Shown here: piece by piece, positions 10,961 through 20,996 of the stretch
Layout: each line of letters starts with the position of its first letter
How positions within the stretch are numbered: the first letter of the stretch is position 1
Assembly (NCBI GenBank): GCA_965603825.1
Contig: CBFDEM010000032.1
Span: 124,001-188,000 of the forward strand
Reading direction: 5' to 3'
Source of the DNA: Blepharisma stoltei ATCC 30299
Taxonomy: Eukaryota > Protista > Ciliophora
DNA: 64,000 bases
Notes under the pieces: model-generated
Database searches by the model: none
Told to the model about the DNA's origin: nothing
What the model saw: only the letters and a program-made list of their open reading frames with translations
Made by a program: the position numbers and the translations under genes

Positions 10961-11839
10961 TTAGAACTTAAAGATTTGCTCTTCAGAAAATCCTAATCCT
11001 TTGAGTTGTTCTCTTACCATTCTATTCATTTGGCTAGGTCCACAATGGCATATAATTGTATCTTTTGAAGCAGGCGGCATATATTTTTTAAGCATTTCTT
11101 CATTTATGAACCCTTTTCCATATTTCCAGCCATCAGCAGGAATATCAAGGGTGTAGTAAACTACTAATTTTCCGTGGTTTACAAATTCTTCTAGTTTCTC
11201 TCTGAGCAGAATGTCAATTTCTGTGCGGTTTCCGTATACCAAAGATAAAGTGATATCTTCATTATTATCAATAATGTTCTGTATTAACTGGAAACAAGGC
11301 GTAATCCCAGTTCCTCCTGCAATAAAACCAAAGTGTTTTACTTTGAATTTTGCTCCTTCAATATCTACATTTCCGTTTCCTAAATAAGTCAGTCTCCCTT
11401 TGGGTCCAGAAATTTCTAATTTATCTCCGTTTTTAAGACTGTCTAAATACTGAGTCATTTTGCCTCCTTCAGGGAACTTTGGATGAACATTTTTATAGTA
11501 AATTTTGATTGGCAGCTCAATGATGCCTCTTTGGTCTATTTTAGAAGTTGGAGTGTACTTACGTGTTACGATTTCGCCTTCTGGGTGCTCAGCTGTTGGG
11601 ATATTGGCTCTGAAAATAACGTGCTGTCCTAATGGCAGGCCTAACTTCAGATTTGGATCTCCAAAGCTGAAAACAAAAATTTTTGAGTCTGGGGAAATCT
11701 GTTTGGCCTCTACAAGGGTGACTTGCTTCCAATTTTTAGCCCCTTCTAGGAATACAGGTTCCTTTTTGTCTCTAGTGAGAAATAGAACAGCAAGTCCTAG
11801 AAGGATTCCTCCAATAAGCCAGAAAATTCAGCTCTCCAT
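10961..11839 (-). CDS. NADH-cytochrome b5 reductase (292 aa), N-terminal membrane anchor
   Basis: MESWIFWLIGGILLGLAVLFL anchor (codon 4 is TGA), LGLPLGQH, RKYTP, KIYYKNVHPKFPEGGKMTQYL, IAGGTGITP, CGP, C-terminal FKF. Confidence 0.93.
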
Positions 11840-11862
11840 TTATATTAGAAAATATAATAATT

Positions 11863-12426
11863 ATGTCAAAGAATGTGGAAATCCTCTATCACACAACTAA
11901 AAATATTGTTTTAAGAAGTATCGCTAAGCCAGTTACTTTTCCTCTTAATGAAGAGATGCTTGAAATTATAGACAATCTCGTTTTTGCAATTAGATATAGA
12001 GATATGGTATGGACAAATTATGGACTAAGTATATCAGCTCCTCAAATTGGAGAGCCTTACAGAATGTTTATTGCTTCTCCGCCTAAGAATTGGATTCGAA
12101 AAGCATATCATAGAACATTTGATTATTATATAAATCCTGAAATTGTATGGAAATCAAATGAAACAAGCGAAAACTGAGAAGGGTGTTTGAGCATCCCTAA
12201 ATACGAATATTTAGTTAGAAGACATAATTCAGTTACTGTAGAATATTATGATTTAAGGGGAAAAAAGAAACAGAAGACAGTAATATATACAGAAGCCAAT
12301 GTAATTCAGCATGATATTGACCATTTGAACGGGAAACTTGTTTCTGATAATGCTTTTCAAGAACGACTTATCTTACGAAAAGAGCCCGAAGTAACAGTTA
12401 TAGATTATCCAGTTAATATCACTTAA
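11863..12426 (+). CDS. def: Peptide deformylase-like protein (187 aa; TGA=W at 12175)
   Basis: GLSISAPQIG, YINPEI, WEGCLSIP, VRRHNSVTVEY, QHDIDHLNG. Confidence 0.87.
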
Positions 12427-12785
12427 TTGCTTCAAAAATAGAATTGTTTTAGTGTAAATTCAAATAAATTAGACATTTAATTTGCATTGAAATCAATCTT
12501 TTTCTAAAACGTTAAAAACTCTACTAAAATTATTAAAACTTTATGATTATTCATCTCTTAAGCATTCTGCTTTTTATTTATTGAGCTGGATTTTTATGTT
12601 CTGGAATTTTTATTGTTAAATCGAAAACTAGCCTTATGGTTAATATGAGTAACTTCCAATTGATTAATAATTTAATAACAATTATTCTTGAAGCTTGCAT
12701 TGTTAAAAAGTAAAGCTATACAATAATTGATTATTTCAAGCATATTTATTTTTTGATTGCGTTTGAATATGAATAATTAAAAGAA

Positions 12786-13940
12786 ATGAATAATTTAAAA
12801 GCAAAGTCCCAGGTGCTAATTCATCAACCTGGACCAGATGCATTATTTGAACTCAATAAAATGAATCTCAAAACGATATTTGCAAATCATAAACCTCTGG
12901 ATAACCGAATTTCTTTAGCAGCATTTAGAAATTTCTGTAAAAATTCTCATGTTGTCCCAGTACATTTTACATAGGATTTGCTTTCTGTATTTGACTTAAA
13001 GCGAATTTTTACAAAAGTTACTCAGAATCAATCTAATAAGTCTTCGTTCTCTTATCAGAATTTCGAGCAAAGTTTGAAGTATATTGCAATTTCAGGATTC
13101 CATACATCAGTTCCATTGTCAGATAAACTTCAAATGCTGTTTCTTCACATAAAAAGTCCCTGCAAAAAAGTTTATAAAGTAAATTTATCAACATCACTGA
13201 AATCAAGACCATCAACTCCGTTTTCTCATGAGAATTCTGAGCCAGAGCGGGATGAAAATAGATCTAGCCAAAGAGCATACACTCAAAAGCTTGGATTAAA
13301 TAAAACAAGCGGACGTTCACATATAAAGATCCCCTTAGATATTGATACAATATTAGCATTTCAAAGAAGATCTCCATTGAAAGCTAACTCTACCCAAAGA
13401 GAAAGGGTATCTCCTTATAGGATGATACCTTGTTTATCATATAAATCAATATCACAAGATGCTAGCCCTCTTTATAGAGCATCAACTCGTAGAGAGAAAG
13501 TAGCTTGCACTGCAGCAAACTCCAGAAGGAGCTCTCAGGATACTAGTGACAAAAATAAAACTAAAGAAATATGTGAAGCTACTGTAAAACTTGTAGGAAA
13601 AAGGCATCACAGAGCGATGTCTGCAGAAACTTATATGGTGCAGAGCCCAAAATTTGGAGGAAACTCCTGCACCCCAGAAGAAAGTTTTTCAAGCTTAGAT
13701 GCTACACCAAAAAGTTTCTTTCAGAAAACTTTGAAAGAAAAACAAATAGAAAATCTATTTAAAAATTTTAAAGAAAAAAACCAAAATTTAGTCTTAAAGA
13801 AGACGAAGAAAGAGCCTTATTTAACAAGTCTAAGGAAGCATAGAAATTATATTGAAAAAATTAGAGACAAAAGCTTTTCAAAAATGATGATAGCAAGAAT
13901 TATTTTTAATTCATGGAGAGGTCTCAAAAATAAAACTTAA
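12786..13940 (+). CDS. Hypothetical protein with N-terminal EF-hand/p25-alpha-like helical domain and S/R/K-rich tail; one 15-nt intron
   Basis: Two in-frame track ORFs separated by TAG; removing GTACATTTTACATAG gives continuous ..SHVVP/DLLSVFDLKRIF..FSYQNFEQSLKYIA. Confidence 0.75.
12960..12974 (+). other. 15-nt spliceosomal intron GTACATTTTACATAG
   Basis: GT..AG, A at position 10, removes an in-frame TAG; same pattern as the seven array introns. Confidence 0.85.
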
Positions 13941-14243
13941 TCTGTATATTTTTATTTTTAATATATTCTACCAATTTATTTTCACTATTTTTTCTCCTTC
14001 AGAAAATTAATAGATTAATTGTCTATTGTGCAGAGAATACGATATTATCTACAATAATCTTAAACTATTCAAGCAAATTCATATGATAAAAGATAAAGAA
14101 ATGTGCTTAATAAAATCTATTTGTAACTTTTTTCTTATTTCATGAACGTTTCAAATATTTTTGTATTAAAATCTTCTTCTAAATATCTCTTAATCTCTCA
14201 CAGCTTATCTTTAGATAAATAATTCTTATTCTTATTGGCCTAT

Positions 14244-15173
14244 CTAGTTGAGAGGATGTTTAAATTGGACTATAACTGCTGTCATATTATCACACCCAAG
14301 TCCTGCATTAGCCCCGATTTCTGGTGAAAGACATCTATCCAGCATTTCCTCCACAATTGCACTCAAGCTCTTGCTTCCAATTCTTTGTCTTACAAAATCA
14401 ACACACTGTTGGCTAGTCAGCATATCCCAAACTCCATCACATGCAAGTATAATAAATTCATCATTCGGCGTCAATAATTCTCTCCTTATATCAGGATAAG
14501 CTGTAATCATTTGGTCCTTCTGAGGAATGCTGTTATTTTTCTTATACTCCAGATCCCCTATTGATCTGCTCAAGTTAAGGTTTCCCATAACTCTTCCTTC
14601 CTCTACTGTTCCTCCAGCTCTCCTAATTCTTTCCAACTCTTCTGGTAGGTCTGGCTTATGATCCATAGAGAGTTCTACAGCAAGACCCCCTCTGCTAAGA
14701 ACACAGCGTGAATCTCCAGCATTGGCTACATATATTTCATTGCCTCTGATTAACGCTGACACTGCAGTGCAGCCAGCTTGGACTTGGTTATCATTGATGT
14801 TGACTGGAGTTGAGTCAGGCAAATCTCTGGAAATTCTAATAAGTTCTCTGATCCCATCTGGGGTTTGTTGAAGTTCATCCATTCGCAAGTAAGATTGCCT
14901 TAGAGCGTCGTCCAAGCGGCCTTCACGATATGCTTGGTTCTGTAGAAGCTCTTGACATAGATGTCTTGTTACGAATTCAGCAACTTCTGGACCACCATGA
15001 CCATCATAAACACCAAATAATGCAGTGTTTGCATCTAATTGTAGATTAACGATTCTGGCGTCTTCCATTGTTACTCTCCACCCTTGCATATCTGATGTAG
15101 CGAATCGCATGCGTTGGCTTTCTCCTGTGGAGGTGCGCTTTTCAGTTTTTGGGGTGGATAAATAAGGTCCCAT
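14244..15173 (-). CDS. Protein phosphatase 2C (PPM family)
   Basis: MGPYLSTP, MQGWRVTMEDA, VYDGHGG, ANAGDSR, DHKP, LNLSRSIGD, LACDGVWD, GCDNMT. Confidence 0.97.
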   Translation of the reverse strand: MGPYLSTPKTEKRTSTGESQRMRFATSDMQGWRVTMEDARIVNLQLDANTALFGVYDGHGGPEVAEFVTRHLCQELLQNQAYREGRLDDALRQSYLRMDELQQTPDGIRELIRISRDLPDSTPVNINDNQVQAGCTAVSALIRGNEIYVANAGDSRCVLSRGGLAVELSMDHKPDLPEELERIRRAGGTVEEGRVMGNLNLSRSIGDLEYKKNNSIPQKDQMITAYPDIRRELLTPNDEFIILACDGVWDMLTSQQCVDFVRQRIGSKSLSAIVEEMLDRCLSPEIGANAGLGCDNMTAVIVQFKHPLN

Positions 15174-15555
15174 ATTTATAAGAAATGAATTTTCACTGAT
15201 ATATAGTTTTTTAACGGACTACAGGCAGTAGGATGGGTGGAAGAAATTTTGAGGGTAAAAAGGATGGATGAAATGGAAAAGCTTTATGAGAAGTATAAAG
15301 AAAGTGATATAGGGGAAATATAAAGGGATGAGTTATAAATTTATGTAATGGGATATTGTGGAGATACCTATAAAATTTGTTTAAAGTGCTCATATTGCTT
15401 TTATAATTACAATTTACTTATGCATGTCTTTAATCAATATTATGCAATATATTGCTTTAAGAGCATAATTGGTGTATATTAATAATCCCATAGATGGTAT
15501 AAAAATTGATTAAATATAGTTTTACACAATTCATTTTGATCACATTTAAGCTTAG

Positions 15556-16866
15556 CTATTGTGCGAATTCTAATAGTCTGTATGCTTTTTCCAACTCTTC
15601 AGAAGGCTTATGGGAAGTATATGGATCTCTCAGTGGGAATCCATTATTTGTAGTTTTGATCCATTTGTTCAAATCTTTTTGCCCAACTCCATAAATCTGT
15701 TTAATCTCAGTGAGGCTTAGTTTCTTCTGCTTATATTTCTCCACAATCTCTTCTTTATCAGCCCTATTAAACCTTTTCTTTCTTTCCATCGAAATCGGCT
15801 CATCTTTTTCATCTAATTCTGTATAAATTCAATTTTCAATCATTTCTCTATCCACATTTCATATTATTTTGACGCTTTCATCCTCATAGTTCCCTTCTAA
15901 ATAATCCCTAACCAGCTGAATCCTAAAATTCCTCGGATAAGGATCCGACGAAAAATAGGGTTTTTTAGGCTTTTTAAATATTTTTTTTCATAAATTTAAT
16001 GTGTTTGCATCAATATTATAAGTATTTAAAACATGGTCTTCAGCAGAACTTTCAGATTTTAAACTTTGGATTATAGAATTGCAGAACTTAGGTGTAAATT
16101 TGCTGCTTCTATTTGGCTGAAAGCATTCTACATATTTTTTGAATTTTAATCTTTCTTTATCGCTTTCTATATAGACTCGAGATTCATATAAAAAATGGAT
16201 ACTTAACTCAACAGGCACCCTGTAACTGATTGAAGCTGCCAAAGTGCCATAAAGCTGGGCAGTTTGAAAAATACTTACTGATACAACTTTCAGAAAAGCT
16301 GTAGGCATAACATAATTGGACCAATTAGGGCTTTTTGATTTTCCTTTGCAATCAAGAATAAATTGGTTTGCTTCAATTTCAGCTGAAGAAGTTAGGACCG
16401 TTTTCGGCTCTTCTTTTACTGGCTCAGTGCTGCTTTTTGCAGAAGGCATTAATTTTTCGTCATAATACAATGGGAGCTTGAGGCTTGGAGGAGCTCGCTT
16501 TTTTCTTGAGGGATCTCGATTCCTTTTTCTCTTAGAAGCTGTGCCTGATGATGACGAGTATTCTTCCTTTATTTCGCGTTTTAAAGGAAGTAATGGAATA
16601 TTTTCTGTGGTCTTTTTAGGGTCTTCAATATAAAGCTTTACTGCTGATTGATTTTTGAAGGAATTTAGGAAAAAATTGTAGGCTTTTTGTGTTGTGAGAC
16701 GAATTTTATCGTTGTCTTTATCAAAATAATAAATAATTGGAACAGAGGAAACGCTTTGTACTTGCTCTTTGATTGATTCAATAAGCTCTGAAAGAGTTAG
16801 GGGAACTGGAGAAATGATGTAAAATTCATCTCTAAAACAAACTTTAAGGGTTTCTATATTCAGCAT
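15556..16866 (-). CDS. PB1 domain + tandem HTH-like repeat protein, paralog A (436 aa)
   Basis: N-terminal LKVCFRDEF..YYFDKDNDKIRL (PB1 OPCA-like); C-terminal units RIQLVRDYLEG..MIENWI and KEEIVEKY..IKQIYGVGQKDLNKWI; joined by TGA=W; first ATG at 16864-16866. Confidence 0.75.
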
Positions 16867-17185
16867 TATAAAAGCCCCCAAATAGGATTTTGCTAAAATT
16901 ATATTGGAATTCTCGCTTAAGACCTTTTGGTTTAAGGATTTATTTGAAAATATTTCAAAAATAATTTATTTTTAGAAAGGAAATTTATTAAAAAAATTTG
17001 GTAAAAATCCAATAAATATTTCGATTTTTTTCTACACTATGCTTATTAATGAAACTTTCTCTATTTAATTATGGAAAATTTGATAAAATAAAGCAAAGGC
17101 AAATGATTTTTCTTGCATAAATGAAGCTAATTTAAAACAGAAATTAATTTAAGTATCAGGAATAAGGCAAAATATACCACAAGGA

Positions 17186-18563
17186 CTATGAACTGAACTC
17201 TAAAAATTTATAAGCCTGATCCATAATAGTTGATGCTCTATGTCCATGATAAGGATCCCTAAGTTTTGCTCCATTTCTTCTCGCAGTAATCCATTTATCA
17301 ACTTCTGACTGATTTACTCCATACTTCGTTTTGATTTCTTTGTACGTCATCTTTTTCTGCAAATATTTGTCCACAATATCTTCTTTTTCACCCCTAGTAA
17401 GCCTTCTCCTGGCCGTTGGCATCACAATTTCCTCTTTTTCTTCTAATTCTGCATAAATCCAATTTTCAATTACTTCTTTTTCCAAATCCCAGCATATTTT
17501 GATATTTTCCGCATCATAATTCCCTTCTAAATAATCCCTCACTAGCTGAATTTTAAATGTTTTTGGAAACGTATCATACAAAGGGCGAGGCTTTTTGGGA
17601 TACGAAAATAATCGCAATCATAATTCAATAGATTCTTCTTCAACCCCATAAGTAGTAATGATATGCTGTTTATTTAAAGCTCCATGAATCAGCTGATGTG
17701 CCAAATTGCAGCAAAATTTTGGGGTGAAAATAGAAGGCTCTTTTGGAAGACAAGACTCCACATATTTTTTATATTTTTGGATTTCTCTTTCGCTTTCTAT
17801 ATGGACTTTAGTATCATAGAAAATGTGGATGCATAATTCAATAGGGATTTTATAGGCTATTGAAGTGTGGATAAAGCCATAAGTTTCGATAGCTGATCGG
17901 ATTGAGTTTCTCACAACTCCAAAAAATTCTGTGCATGTTGAATAGCTGCTTCAATTAGGAGCTTTTGATTTTCCTTCGTTGTCAAGAACAAATTGGTTTG
18001 TCTCTGATGCTAAAATAGGTGAAATAGCTTGAACTACTGGCTCAAATTTTACAGGTCCACCATCAAAGGTATCCAGGATGATTTTTTCGATGTCTTTTGG
18101 GAATTTGCTAGGCTTGCTGCTCATTCTGATAGAGCTTATCGAAGAAATAAGGTTAGGCTGAACTTTAAAAGGCTCAGCGAGGTCTTCAGTTTCTTCAAGT
18201 TTTTGAATTTTAACTGGAGTAAGCTTTGGCTCTTCTTTTGTAGGCCTTTTTATAGGGAGCGCAGGGCTTGAAGCTGAGTTAGCTTCTGATGATTTTTGGT
18301 TATCTTCTATATAAAGTTTAGGAGTCACTGAGTTTTCGAAAGTTGCCAAATAAAATTCATAGCCTTTTTCGTTTGAAATTTTGATTTTGTCTCCTTCATC
18401 ATCAGTGTAATAAACGTTTGGGGTTTTGGGAACCCCTGGGATTGTTTCTCTGATAGAATCTAAGAGGACAGAAAAAAATGATGGAATTGGGGCGATGATG
18501 TGAAACTCGTTTTTATAAGAAACCTTGATTGAAGATAATTTTGAATGAGGAATTGTTTTACAT
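17186..18563 (-). CDS. PB1 domain + tandem HTH-like repeat protein, paralog B; start codon one base out of frame
   Basis: Open frame 18559 to 17186 with TGA=W: IKVSYKNEF..YYTDDEGDKIKI, KSKAPNW, FTPKFC, IQLVRDYLEGNY..IENWIY, LRDPY, collinear with paralog A. The nearby ATG (18561-18563) is followed by TAA. Confidence 0.65.
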
Positions 18564-19625
18564 TTTTATTGCCAAATTTTAATTGTTTACTAATAATTTT
18601 GGCGAAATAGCTATATAATACATAAATGGCTGTAATATCTGTAATGATTGAAGAGATTTAACCAATACAAAAGAACTTAGCCCGACTGAGGATTGCAAGT
18701 ACTCATGCTCTTTGGTTTAAAATTAAAAAGATTTTCTAACAAAATAAAATGCCAGTTTAGATTAAAAATAAATGATTCTTCAAAGCCATTTAAAGCAAAA
18801 GATAATTGAATGCTATCTATTTATATCTAAAAAAATATATTAAATCGAAAATAAATTACTGAAAATGCTTACTGATAAATTATTAACTTGGTGGATGCTG
18901 ATGCTACACGCTTAGATGCAGATTACACGCTGATTAATAATAGTTAATAAATTTTTTATTGAAATAATGCATAATTAGATTTAAATTAATTATTTTCAGT
19001 ATAATAAACTATTTAGCGAATTTTTCATATTCACTGTACTTAACGAAAACAGTATAAAAAGAGGAAATCATAAGGCCCTTATGACCCTAATAAAATCTCA
19101 AAATTGCATTTCTATCGGAGATCATTATATAGGTGATTGCATGGCTCCACACAATCATATGCTCTATGGAATGCAATTTTTTGATGGAAGAAATCTTTAC
19201 TAAAAGGAATTTCAGGGGTTGTTTCTCTAAAATATTTTGGGAAATGGGGGAACATCTTTATCAATAAAAGAAAAAGGGCATATTGGTAAGATAATGCTGT
19301 AAAGCATAGCCCAGTAATTAAATCAAATCTATTGGAATGCTTAAAAGCTTTAAAAGATATTTTTTTCGTTAAAATAAACATTTTTTATTTTATATATATT
19401 TTTCAATACTAAAACCTTTTCTAAATAATTGTTCCCATTCTTCTTACTATAAATTTATTTTTTATTATATCAGCAAAATTATTTTGTTTTTGTGTGCCGA
19501 TCAATGATAATCTATTCTCCAGTAAAGATGGCTCATCAACCAACTGGCTCCGATATTTAATATGAATCATATAAACTACAGTTGAAAATTGCATTAATTT
19601 ATTACTTTGTACACCTTTGCATGAT

Positions 19626-19964
19626 TTAATTATTTGGGATCGGATCAAGCAGCAGGGAGCTCGATATTGGCCTGTTTTTTAATATTATCAGATGATGATC
19701 CTTTTTTTCAGCATGAATTTTGTGTTCAGCGTAATTCAGGTGAATTACATTATGAGAAGCCCTGACTACTCTTGGGTGTGGAAATTCTTTGTGTTTAAAC
19801 AAGTCTTCTTCTATTGTGTATTTTCTTGTGCGAGGATATGATACAGATTCTTCAAGCAAGTAATCTTTTGCTGAGAATGAGGGGAGAGATCTTGATGTAG
19901 GTGATATATCTTTTGAATAATCGTTGTCGTGAGAAATAGATTGGGTTAGGATCGTTGGGTTCAT
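19626..19964 (-). CDS. Hypothetical protein (112 aa)
   Basis: ATG in A-rich context, TAA stop, coding-like composition amid AT-rich flanks; no recognised motif. Confidence 0.5.
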   Translation of the reverse strand: MNPTILTQSISHDNDYSKDISPTSRSLPSFSAKDYLLEESVSYPRTRKYTIEEDLFKHKEFPHPRVVRASHNVIHLNYAEHKIHAEKKDHHLIILKNRPISSSLLLDPIPNN

Positions 19965-20996
19965 ATTTTTATATTTTAATATGGCTTAAAGGAAAAGATA
20001 AAAATTTTAAAAATAAGTTCTGATTCAAGTTTATTGTGGCATATAATAGAGTTGTGATAAGGCAGAGATTATTAAAGAAGTATACAATCTGCTGTTAGAT
20101 AAAAGTTATGTGAAATGCAATGCAATTTAAATAAATGCGTTTCTGAGAGTTTAGGTGTAATATTACACTTATGAAACGTCTCTAAAATGTGTATTCAAAA
20201 TTAGGGATATGGATAAAATTTCTTTAAATGTTAAATTTAAATATGAATTTTAGAAAATACACATGAAGAATATATTTTTCTTTAATTTTGAGAATTAAAA
20301 CTATAAAGTAAAAATTTATTATCATTCTCATTTTAGATATGATTAATAATAAGAAATTATTCAAATATCCTTTAATTATTTATTTATCGTTTTGGGTTTG
20401 ATCATTATTGGTATATTTTTAAATATTTGAAAGCATATTTTCTAATAAAAATATTTTAAGATAACTAAGCCAACGACCAGTAAAATCACAGAAAATTTTT
20501 AACTTTCAGCATTTTCCAAGTAGAAAAATAAAAAATTTTAACTCTCATTTATCTATATAACTGAATTTTGATCTAAGATCCACTTTAGCAATTGAAGCCC
20601 TAAATATCCAAAACATTTATAAATCCGCTAATTTGGATATCTATTAGAAAATAAATAACTCAATCTAATAAAAGCTTTGATATTAAGTACGATGTGCATT
20701 CTTCAGATCTTTGAATCAATCTGAATTTTAACAATCAGAAAAAATACATCTTTAATTACCTAAATAAATCAGTATTTTATACAGTTAAATAGAGTCCGAA
20801 TAAAATGAAAAGATATCTTCTAGCAGCAATTTCAAAACCGATTTAAGCTATTTTCTCTTATTTTTTCTTATATTGTCTCCCCTTAATTATTTTTCTTCTG
20901 AATTCTTGTCTCTACAATTTCCAAAATTTCGATAGTTACCCTCAGTATAGGGATATTTATCTCCTGATGAAATTCCCTATAATAATTTGACAATAA

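Noticed and set aside
11505-11900. 131-aa plus-strand ORF
   Set aside because: Antisense shadow of cytochrome b5 reductase.
1619-12426. Selenocysteine, or a Mycoplasma/mitochondrial origin, to explain internal TGA
   Set aside because: TGA aligns with Trp, not Cys. Cullin, PP2C, DBP2, spliceosomal introns and a CCA-less Pol III tRNA show a eukaryotic nuclear genome.
15211-15393. 60-aa ORF and purine-skewed tract upstream of PP2C
   Set aside because: Low-complexity strand skew with no protein or RNA structure I can support.
19112-19648. Short ORFs 19112-19381 and 19421-19648
   Set aside because: AT-rich, no motifs, composition resembles intergenic DNA.
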